The notes beneath the pieces are model-generated. The model was not told the DNA's origin. It made no database searches and saw only the letters and a list, made by a program, of their open reading frames with translations. Of a stretch of 64,000 nucleotides of DNA, positions 39,501 to 47,300 are shown piece after piece (within the stretch, counting starts at the first letter, position 1; each line of letters starts with the position of its first letter). The translations under genes were made by a program, and so were the position numbers. Source of the DNA: Tubulanus polymorphus (Eukaryota > Animalia > Nemertea); contig NW_027437432.1 of NCBI RefSeq assembly GCF_964204645.1, positions 149,653 to 213,652 on the forward strand, written 5' to 3'.

Positions 39501-40562
39501 TCGCCCTGATGAGAATATACTTGACCCGGGCAATCGGACAAGTGCTTAGATCGCACCCCGAATATACGAGAGAAATCCGCAATTCATTGAAAAGTGTAAA
39601 TATTTGAGCATCAGTGATGATGGTTCATAGTCTTTGGCTGAAACGTTGCTCAAACGCTTTAACGAATTTCTCTTGAAAACTAATATAAAATTTACAACAA
39701 AAATTAATATAGCCAAAAATTCACTTCGAAAAATGAAATAAAGGAATATTAAATTCACTGCGACACTCACCTGACACGCGTTGTATAATATTTGATGTTC
39801 ATATTTTTTAACTCCGAGAATATTTTGAAACATTTCGTACAATTGTTCTTTACTGAGTATTAATTCCGATGCAGCTGTCGACATGCGTTGAGGTTGTTTC
39901 CTCGGATCCTCCTCGCCGCGGTAAATCTGATCGAATTTCGCCATCCATGAACTCAACACCGTCTCCTTACTCAAACCGTCGATCTCCGGTAAACTGCGAA
40001 CGCGTTTTTCAATGTTATTTTTGAAAACTTCTCTGAAATCGTTCGCGGAACAACCTCCGCTGCGAACCATGTTCGCGACTCGGTCGCTTTTTAGAAACAC
40101 CTCGTAATAACTCTGAACGGCGTTAGTGAAAGCTTCATCGGCGACGATATTCGTTTCTCCGTTTAAAAACGCGTGGAAACGATCTTTAATCGTTTGTAAT
40201 TGTTGTTTATTGACTTTAGTTTGGCGTCGCGCCATATCGGTCGGCTGTTTGGCGTTAAACGGGTACGCGATACATCGCATTACAAACACGTATAACTGTA
40301 ATCTACGCCTTCTTTCCTCTTCCTCCTTCTCTATACGCTCGAGATCCTCCTTCTCCTTCTCGCTGATGAGTGACGGACTCGGACTCGACGGACGAACGCT
40401 ATTCGATCGAGAATGAATAACTCCTCCGCTGACACTCAGATTATCTCCGCTAGCCGACAGACTCCTCTGATCAGTACTCGGTAAACTCAACACATCCGAA
40501 TTATTCTCATCCTCTAACGTATCATTCTCCGACTCCTCCTCGCTCGACGATGGATCAATCAT
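679..40562 (-). CDS. CADPS: Calcium-dependent secretion activator (CAPS/UNC-31), multi-exon, 3' end beyond the left edge of the window
   Basis: 18 GT-AG exons join in frame: 39771-40562, 37754-37834, 31849-32012, 24743-24836, 24223-24344, 18021-18269, 17653-17828, 16733-16927, 16419-16555, 15327-15514, 13010-13111, 12675-12738, 9829-9952, 7855-7961, 3024-3180, 2531-2672, 2202-2357, 679-829. Peptides match CAPS from memory ([35 protein letters not shown]2, PH, MUN/MHD). Confidence 0.97.
2202..2357 (-). CDS. CADPS: CADPS exon (MHD)
   Basis: [47 protein letters not shown]. Confidence 0.93.
2411..2540. repeat. About 40-bp tandem repeat spanning a CADPS donor site
   Basis: CTTACCCTTGTGGCT repeated. 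Confidence 0.85.
2531..2672 (-). CDS. CADPS: CADPS exon
   Basis: [46 protein letters not shown]. Confidence 0.93.
3024..3180 (-). CDS. CADPS: CADPS exon
   Basis: [25 protein letters not shown]...[17 protein letters not shown]. Confidence 0.93.
3890..4149 (-). mobile_element. tRNA-derived (Glu-like) composite repeat with TTAGGG-like tail, copy 1
   Basis: A box TGGTCTAGTGG and B box GGTTCAAATCC on the minus strand; homologous to 25999-26337. Confidence 0.7.
6940..7800. repeat. 23-bp GC-rich minisatellite
   Basis: GTGACCCGTGGATGTTGGCGCGK. Confidence 0.95.
7855..7961 (-). CDS. CADPS: CADPS exon
   Basis: [35 protein letters not shown]. Confidence 0.92.
8430..9097. repeat. 33/34-bp G-rich minisatellite
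   Basis: GAGGGGGAGGGGAGTTCTGTAATAACCGGTATT. Confidence 0.95.
9829..9952 (-). CDS. CADPS: CADPS exon
   Basis: [41 protein letters not shown]. Confidence 0.93.
11125..11340 (+). mobile_element. CORE-SINE-like fragment
   Basis: CTCGGGCAAGACACTT...CTCTCTCCACCCAGG...AATGGGTA resembles the CORE-SINE central domain (from memory). Confidence 0.5.
12675..12738 (-). CDS. CADPS: CADPS exon
   Basis: [21 protein letters not shown]. Confidence 0.93.
13010..13111 (-). CDS. CADPS: CADPS exon
   Basis: [33 protein letters not shown]. Confidence 0.93.
13714..13795 (+). promoter_or_regulatory. Core promoter of the nested homeobox gene
   Basis: CCAAT at 13714-13718, TATA-like AATAAATA at 13758-13765, Inr-like TCAGT at 13790-13794, with canonical spacing. 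Confidence 0.55.
13838..14773 (+). CDS. Intronless divergent TALE-class homeobox protein (311 aa), nested antisense in CADPS intron 13112-15326; SPILE/PADRE-like
   Basis: C-terminal homeodomain [56 protein letters not shown] with the TALE HPYP loop and WFxN motif; single ORF, A/C-rich leader ending aacATG. Confidence 0.9.
   Translation: MAAASPKFIEDCEEFLADFLETVNSPEYHHGDEQHEGDYSFDSAICGDGWSTPENIYEEENVSANSSGYHGNTSDDSTEEVSSVNCDIISGLASNPGLASNPVFHELQKTLLADCLPGQQPISLLRSLHAAPPIDVNIRHRALEIKMEMLKIHAFDKISELQNIYKYQRATLEADRYHDLMTSDSEQNKQLIQSYYDGLIHKVMHRISQSLELLEETFNIGKKRDRDEEEESNDSKRRRTFTKMATNILERWYTLHAGHPYPSIDELNALSDATGVTLKQVRRWFSNKRNRANYQKNSRIVSRYPNLAPFL
14960..14965 (+). terminator. Polyadenylation signal of the homeobox gene
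   Basis: AATAAA about 190 nt after the stop codon. Confidence 0.55.
15327..15514 (-). CDS. CADPS: CADPS exon
   Basis: [30 protein letters not shown]...CASHVHGN. Confidence 0.93.
15493..16212. repeat. 63-bp minisatellite (about 11 copies) containing a CADPS acceptor and exon start
   Basis: CCTGACCGGGACTAAACCATCCCTACAAATATATATATCATTCATTACATCTGTATCCCCGGA. Confidence 0.95.
16419..16555 (-). CDS. CADPS: CADPS exon
   Basis: [18 protein letters not shown]...LNDAYTCL. Confidence 0.93.
16733..16927 (-). CDS. CADPS: CADPS exon (PH domain)
   Basis: [15 protein letters not shown]...[16 protein letters not shown]...RMQG. Confidence 0.93.
17275..17365 (-). mobile_element. tRNA-like SINE fragment (family 2)
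   Basis: Reverse complement of 17530-17620. Confidence 0.55.
17530..17620 (+). mobile_element. tRNA-like SINE fragment (family 2)
   Basis: GGTCTAGTGTGG...GGTTCGAATCCC...GAGGGAGGATG; further fragments at 31147-31230. Confidence 0.55.
17653..17828 (-). CDS. CADPS: CADPS exon (PH domain)
   Basis: [37 protein letters not shown]...YTDAMS. Confidence 0.93.
17802..17980. repeat. 54-bp tandem repeat spanning a CADPS acceptor
   Basis: CTGATTTACCCATAGCGTATAAATATCTGCGAAATTAAAAACCGATAGAAATAA. Confidence 0.9.
18021..18269 (-). CDS. CADPS: CADPS exon (C2 domain)
   Basis: [23 protein letters not shown]...[12 protein letters not shown]. Confidence 0.93.
18398..23357. repeat. 69-bp satellite array, about 72 copies
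   Basis: CTACAACACTCGGCGGTCTCCTATCAGATAAGGTAACCCCTGAATGGCTCCTGGATAGAGAGATCTGAC. Confidence 0.97.
23957..24176. repeat. 60-bp tandem repeat
   Basis: ATCCAACTCAGATATCACTCTCAA... about 3.6 copies. Confidence 0.9.
24223..24344 (-). CDS. CADPS: CADPS exon (C2 domain)
   Basis: [40 protein letters not shown]. Confidence 0.93.
24743..24836 (-). CDS. CADPS: CADPS exon (start of C2 domain)
   Basis: [31 protein letters not shown], phase 2/0. Confidence 0.9.
25486..25801. repeat. 30-bp minisatellite
   Basis: ATCATCATCTGGGCTCATTTACGGGCCTAG. Confidence 0.95.
25999..26337 (+). mobile_element. tRNA-derived (Glu-like) composite repeat with TTAGGG-like tail, copy 2
   Basis: GTGGTCTAGTGGTTAGGA...GGTTCAAATCCC (about 26125-26198) followed by TAGGGTTAGGGTTA; shares both flanks with copy 1. 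Confidence 0.7.
27278..27742. repeat. 30-bp minisatellite
   Basis: ACTAAAGATGGCTGCAATGGCAGACAGCAC. Confidence 0.95.
29020..29858. repeat. 36-37-bp C-rich minisatellite
   Basis: CCTCATAGATGTGACCCCACTCCCCCTTACCCTC... Confidence 0.95.
30089..30553. repeat. 27-bp minisatellite
   Basis: TATCCGGATACCGAATACACCACACTG. Confidence 0.95.
31849..32012 (-). CDS. CADPS: CADPS exon
   Basis: [39 protein letters not shown]...KRYN, phase 0/2. Confidence 0.93.
34710..35341. repeat. 48-bp minisatellite followed by a GGGCAC-rich repeat
   Basis: AGAGGAGGAGGATGATGATGATACGTATGACTCCAATACTTAGAATGC; then GGGCACG units. Confidence 0.9.
35787..36576. repeat. 26-bp minisatellite
   Basis: CAGACTGACCAATAGCTGTCTATGAC. 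Confidence 0.95.
37754..37834 (-). CDS. CADPS: CADPS exon
   Basis: [27 protein letters not shown], phase 0/0. Confidence 0.93.
37816..37970. repeat. 43-bp tandem repeat spanning a CADPS acceptor
   Basis: GTTCATCAGCATTATCCAACTACAAATATAAAATATAGGGGGC. Confidence 0.9.
38305..38735. repeat. 23-bp minisatellite
   Basis: TGACCTCAGTTTAGGGAGAACTW. Confidence 0.95.
39301..39560. mobile_element. Non-autonomous DNA transposon (hAT-like MITE)
   Basis: Terminal inverted repeats CAGGGTCCGATCTAAG / CTTAGATCGCACCCCG (14 of 16 match), AATATA directly repeated on both flanks, internal ACTTGCCC repeats. Confidence 0.6.
39771..40562 (-). CDS. CADPS: CADPS first coding exon
   Basis: [11 protein letters not shown]...HQILYNACQ|GTGAGT; upstream acceptor tttttcag at 40631 implies a further 5'UTR exon. 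Confidence 0.95.
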
Positions 40563-41099
40563 CTTCACTCGCTTAGTTACACTCCCTAGTTACCAACAAT
40601 CACCGGTGAATGTCATACTCCTTCAATTCACCTGAAAAACAATATGAGCATTACGTAAATTACAATGAGAAAAACAGTTCTCAATCCAGGGGAATGCCGG
40701 GCGCCCCCTATAGGTGACCCCACCGCACCGCAGAGTACCCTGGCATACTGCTAACCCACTATAACTCCACAAACAGAACTTACTAAACCAGTATCAAGGC
40801 AGAAAACATGATTGATGGAATTATTGAGCAGATTTGAAACCGAACGACTATGAGTGAGTGGGTGCCGTGATATGTAAGCCAGCAGCAGCAGCAGCAGGGG
40901 CAGCAGCAGCAGCAGCAGCAGCAGCAGGGGCTCAGAGATCAGGAGGAACGTGAACTGCGCGATGAATCGGACACAAGTCGAAACGAGGAGGAGTAGAGAA
41001 TTAATGAATGAAATTTACAATAGTAGTCTGTGTAAAAACAGTTAAAGGAGTGACTGCTGATACAGGCTAAAGATACGGGTCAGTGACGGGTTTTAAACT

Positions 41100-41960
41100 A
41101 TTAAACCACACATAAACCTGTTCTTACTGTAGAGAGTAGGGTTAACGCAGCCGTTTCACGGGTAAATCCGGTTTAATTAAGCCGTCTTTTAAATCCTCCG
41201 ATTCCACAATCCTTCATTGATTTTGTTTACGGAAGTGAATTCACTGACAGCTAATGACGTCACGAGCACCTGTTCAACCACATTCGGAATGAGCCGAGTA
41301 TTTCCGAAGCAACCCTAACCCTAGTTCGGCAGAATTCGGAATTAGCCGAGCATCGCCGAAGCTAACCCTAACCCTAGTTCGGCAGAATTCGGAATTAGCC
41401 GAACATTGCCGAAGCTAACCCTAACCTTGTTCGGCAGAATTCGGAATGAGCCGAACATTGCCGAAGCTAACCCTAACCCTAGTTCGGCAGAATTCGGAAT
41501 GAGCCGAGCATCACCGAAGCTAACCCTAACCCTAGTTCGGCAGAATTCGGAATAAACCGTACATTGCCGAAGCTAACCCTAACCCTAGTTCGGCAGATGT
41601 CGGAATAAGCCGAACGTTTCCGATTCATCGGCGAATTCGGAATGAGCCGAGCATCGCCGACGATTGCCGAAGCTCCTTGGTACACAGATATTGTAAACCC
41701 CGTTAATGGCTGCTGTAATGGAGGACGCGACGAAGGAATTATTTGTGAATAAAACTCTGCTATTTTCACGGCGTAATGCGGATTATTGGGAGCGATTACG
41801 ATATGATATTTATACCGGGTGTAAATTTAGATCGGTTTATTAATCGAACAATCAGTAATTATTGCGTTAATTAACCGTCAACCACAGAAACACCAGCGTC
41901 TAAATTCGTAAACAAAAACGCTTCAAAAACTCAACCGACTTCTCGCGACGGTCGCAGTGT
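41100..41960. promoter_or_regulatory. Putative bidirectional promoter shared by CADPS and KMT2E
   Basis: CpG-rich interval between divergent genes; ETS-like CGGAAGTG 41230-41237, CRE TGACGTCA 41255-41262, TCTCGCGA 41941-41948. Confidence 0.55.
41283..41672. repeat. 52-53-bp repeat with telomere-like CCCTAA hexamers
   Basis: TTCGGAATKAGCCGA...CCGAAGCTAACCCTAACCCTAGTTCGGCAGAA, about 7 copies. Confidence 0.9.
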
Positions 41961-42080
41961 TTGTTAGTGATTGATTGATTCAGTGATTTAGAGAGGAACT
42001 GTTGTGTTTGTGTGTGAGCTGGATTCAGATCTCAGCTGCTGCTGCTGCTGCTGTTATCTCTGTCTCCTAACTCTCAGCAG
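41950..42080 (+). other. KMT2E: Probable non-coding first exon of KMT2E (start approximate)
   Basis: Strong donor CAG|GTGAGT at 42080/42081 downstream of a CpG-rich promoter-like region; a possible second UTR exon at 43635-43913. Confidence 0.5.
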
Positions 42081-44328
42081 GTGAGTACACTAATAACAAC
42101 AACATAGTGAATTGAATTGATATTGAACTTAACACAACAGAAAAATGTCGGGACAAAAAACCTGGCCCATCCCCTCGGCCTCCTCCCTGACTCTCCTCCC
42201 TCCCCCTATACAAGTACTAGCTCTCCCCATCCCCCAGTGCTGGTCGCTGAATTATATTGTGAGATTGTGCAGGTTCCGTTGATAGAGGAGATACTGACCA
42301 CTCTCCACTGACGAGCAGTCGTTGAGTCTAAGGCTCTGAGACTGAAGAGAGAGGGTTTGACAGTAACCCTGATACCAGTGAGTGTTAGTGTCACGGTCTG
42401 TTTTTATCTGAAACTGAATCCAGCTGAGCCAGAAATGTATCATTAATGGTTGTATTCAATAAGAGGACCTTTTTTGGCTTTTAAAATGTGTTCTTAAACC
42501 CAATTAGCAGCAGACATCATGAATATGAGGTTTTTATTCAGTAGAATATGATATTAAGAAACAGACAGCAATGACAGTCTCTAAAACAGACAGCAATGAC
42601 AGCGTTTATGACATCAATGACAGTTTTTATGACAGCAATGACAGTCTCTAAAACAGACAGCAATGACAGTGTTTATGACAGCATCATCTGTCAAACGATT
42701 GCCAAAGTTTATATCAATAACCATTCTTAAGATAAAGCGTTGAATATCCAGATCTCAGTTTGTCTGAATTCGGGGTTTATTATTTGAGGGGCCGCGTAAT
42801 TGTTTTTTAGGAAACAATTTGGTTCAATCGTCAATAATTCTGGATTATATAAATTGATTGAGGTTTTAGATCCGTGCGTTGTTGTATGATGAACTAATGA
42901 ACTAATGCTGATAAATGTTTTTAAACATTCTCCTGAAACTGGTGTCCTAGATATATAATTAATATCGTCCGGGATCAATGTGTTTGTTTTTATTGTCACA
43001 GCTGTGTTTTCAATTCAATGCAAGGATCGCTGTACCGTAGGCCCCTATACTGTCACAGCTTTACCAGCTCTCTCTTTCTGTCTCTCTCTCTCTTTCTGTC
43101 TCTCTCTCCTGCTCTCTCTGTCTCTCTCTTTCTGTCTCTCTCTCCTGCTCTCTCTCTCCAGCTCTCTCTCTCCTGCTCTCTCTCCCCAGCTCTCTCTCCC
43201 CTCTCTCTCTCCCCTCTCTCTCCCCTCTCTCCCCCCTCTCTCCCCCTCTCTCCCCCTCTCTCTCCCTCTCTCTCTCTAGCTCTCACCAGTTCTATTCAGC
43301 TCTCCAATCAATACTTACTTATTTACACACAGTCTAGAAATATTGAATTTCGTTTAACTGTGATTCATTGCTGTAAAAAATTCTTTGTTTTGGTTCTGTG
43401 AGTAATAACTGCTTGTATTGAAATATAGTAGCAAAAACCTTAAATGTTTTACAGCCCAAACTTATCGAATCAATAATGTTTGTTTTGGAGTTTAATTGAG
43501 GGTCATGTAATTGTTTTAACTGTGGTGACTATTGCGCTGCAGTTCTTCACACTAATACATATCAGTAATCGCTGATTGTCTTGCTATTCATAACATTCGA
43601 GATTCATTGAATTTGTTCTACTTTATTTCTATAGATAAAAATTTCCAGTAATTCTAGGAATATAATAACAATCCGTAGCACTCGTTCAGCAGGGTCTCTG
43701 TGCAGCTAGCGCCATTACCAATCATATTGCTGTCTGTTCTACAGTTAGACAACTTGTCATTTGCAAGCAGCAGCAGCGGCAGTAGCAGCTATTTTGCTGC
43801 TATGTTTTTCTCTGGCGGGTCGAGTAGCATAATAATAAATGCACCTCACTCGCTCAGCAGCAGAGACCAACTAGCTCCACATCTCGTCGTTACCATGGTT
43901 ACGCGGGCTGCTGGTATGTTTTGATAGCGGGTATGAATGGATTGTATACAGTACACGGATAAAATCAATATTATCCAGCAATAGCAGTAGCTCCCCTTCC
44001 CCTCTGCTCCCCTCTCCCCTTCGCTCCCCTCCTCCCCAGTATTCATCCATTAGTTTGATTATAATGGAATTGTCATAGATACAGTAATCACTGAAACAGT
44101 GTTAGAGTCTCTCACAAAAATATCATTATGTATATCATACAAATATCGAATGGTTTATTTTTAGAGCCATTATCCTGCGCTTAGATTTGAAATAACAACC
44201 GTCGCTATTGTTGTCACGTTATGGATTCGATTTAATTTCAGGGTCAAGGTCATTGGTAGTCGAATGCGATGCCTATAACGCTCGGAGTAATTGATCTCCA
44301 TGGTTACCCATAACTACCGACCGCAACA

Positions 44329-47300
44329 ATGATGAACGTTACGATATCATCTGCGCAACAGCAGTCTGATTCGTGTGATTACCACCAGGTGGCATGGCAG
44401 GCATCGTAAGTATCTGCGCTATGAGTTTTCACTTACAGTTCACTATTGTTTTATAACCCACTGAGTTAAAGAGATAAACAGTGACACAGTCACCGCTGAG
44501 ATTTAACACAAGTCTAGTATCAAGTAACAATGTTAAATGCTGTACTTTAACTGGGGGCCTAGACAGTTCAGTGTGTGTGTCTAATGTATTTAATGTATTT
44601 ATTTCAGATCTCGAGCTTCCTCCAATTACATGAATCTAAATAACGATGATGTCTATTACCCACCTCCGAAACAACCTACTCACGTTACTTATCCTGGTTG
44701 CTATGGGTTACCATACCAGGTGAGACTTGTAAGCATCGTAACAGTTTTATTACTTGGCATGAATTTTATTTCATTTTTGTGTTTTTTAATGGTTATCCCG
44801 ACCGGGTGCCGCGTATTGACCTCATTCTCATTGAGTAGTCGTAGTTTTCTAATCGCATCGACCAATTGTAGTGTGATATAAAGATTTAGAAGATGAATAA
44901 AAACTGGTTTTAAAATGAATCATGAAAAGTTGAGTCATGAAATTGGGTTTATCGGAAACGAGGCTTAAAAATATCATATTTTACAAACTCAGTGAGGATG
45001 GAATGTACATAATATACCAGTAGATAGAGATCAAAATCTGGATCCAGTTCCACGGACTTTTAAAGAGTTGACTGACAACTCTAACTCACAACTGTAGAAC
45101 TGGATCCTGAGTTCTCAGCTAATTCTAACTTACAACTGTCAAATTGGATGCTGGTTTTAAGCCGAGGCAGCTTGACATCTTATACAGTTCCTATTTAGAC
45201 CTATTTTGATTTTGATCTTCGTAAAACCAGTAAGAATTTATTTGACTAAATTTTATTAATTGTTATTGTATGAATTACAGGATCACAATTATGGAGCGCC
45301 ACCTCCTCCGACTCCACCCCTGTCTCCGATACCGGTTGTACCGATTTCACCGGCAAAGATTAACGGTTTAATCGACGTGGTTGACGCGGCTGATTCTAAA
45401 GATGCGAAGCTCGCTACGATCACTGATACTATTAACGAAGTTCTCAGTTCTACTACGTCTAATAAAGATTCATCCACGGATCTGGTGAATATTAATCCCG
45501 CAACTTTAGTAGTACCAGCACTGGCAGCTGAGGAAGAGGTTATAGATACAGCTGCTGCTGCTGTAGCTGCTGCTGATGACAGCGTTACGAGATGTGTTTG
45601 TGATTTTACACATGATGATGGTTATATGATCAGCTGTGATCATTGTCTGTAAGTATTATAAACATAGTGTCCTCACTGACATTGAAACTTTTTGACAAAT
45701 TTTACCAAAAAGCTGGAAAACTCGGGGGCTGGTTCCATAGTCACGACTTAAGACCAAAAGTGATCTTAAATCTTAAGACTGGTCTTAAGTTGTTAGTTAG
45801 ATTAGCTATAGAACTAATTTTGTCTTAGACCGGTCTTAAGTCTATACCCTGTCAATGGAACCGGACCCAAGGGATTATGACAATGTTTTTGACGGTGTGT
45901 TTGTTATCAGTCAATGATTCAATGAATGAATTGTAACTAATTCACTATTATAGAGTATGGCAGCATATTGATTGTGTTGGTATAGACAGAGATTGTATTC
46001 CTGATTCTTACTATTGTGAACAATGTCAACCGAGAGCTATCGATAAGAAGAGAGCAGTTCTGTTACAGGAACGACGTAGAGAACAGATATTAGCGCGTGA
46101 GTGCTTGTATTATCATCGATCGCCACTAGGGGGCACTATCTCGCACGCAGCTATCTGACATTTTTTGCATGTTTTAATATTTCAGTTACGATGAGACAAA
46201 AGCGTGGCCCGAAAAAAGGCAAAAAACTAAAAGATAAACAGCAACAACAACAGCAGCAGCACCACCTGGTGAAAACAACGAAAAACAAAGTGAAGAAATT
46301 TCAGAAGAAATTGATGATAAAATCATCGTCGTCGTCGACGGCAACGAGTGCGACGTCTGCCAATAAATGGGTTAAAACTGATCTGAAAGTAATCCAAGCA
46401 TCTACGATAAAAACACTTAAACTACCGAAAAAAATTAAGGTAAGTCTTTAAACCCCCCTCAATCCCCCACTCACACCCCTCAATCCCCTCTCACACCCCT
46501 CAATCCCACTCTCACACCCCTCAATCCCCCACTCACACCTCAATCCCCTCTCACACCCCTCAATCCCCCACTCACACCCCTCAATTCCCCTCTCACACCC
46601 CTCAATCCCCCACTCACACCCCTCAATCCCCCACTCACACCCCTCAATTCCCCTCTCATAACTTCTGCTGTATGCTGTATTTATAGAAACTGAAAGAGAA
46701 CGACAGCCCGAAAAATGAAATGAAGAAAATTGCGGCGAAAGTCGGTGGTAAAGTTTCCGTTACGGAAGATGAACCACTTCCTGTTTGGGACGACGACGAC
46801 GACTGTTCCGAGTGAGTTTAATTCTGTTTGATTCATGTTTGTGCTAATAGATGGCAGCAGTAGTATGTATATATAGTAGTTGTATATTTGACAGGGACTC
46901 GTATGAGATAGTATCGAGTAATATGTACAGCGGAGCAGTGTTAGAAATGTTCGCCGGTAATAAAACATATAACGGTGTGAAACAACATGTAAGTCTACTC
47001 ATCCCCCCCTCCTCCCTGTCACCCCTCCCCCCTAGTACACCCACACTCATCCCCCCTAGTACACCCACACTCATCCCCCCTCCTCCCTGTCACCCCTCCC
47101 CCCTAGTACACCCACACTCATCCCCCCTAGTACACCCACACTCATCCCCCTCCTCCCTGTCACCCCTCCCCCCTAGTACACCCACACTCATCCCCCTCCT
47201 CCTCCCTGTCACCCCTCCTCCCTGTCACCCCTCCCCCCTAGTACACCCACACTCATCCCCCCTCCTCCCTGTCACCCCTCCTCCCTAGTACACCCACACT

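Noticed and set aside
39546-39770. C-terminal part of the 340-aa ORF and its GTG start at 40568
   Set aside because: CAPS similarity ends at the GTGAGT donor (39770); the conserved start is ATG 40562.
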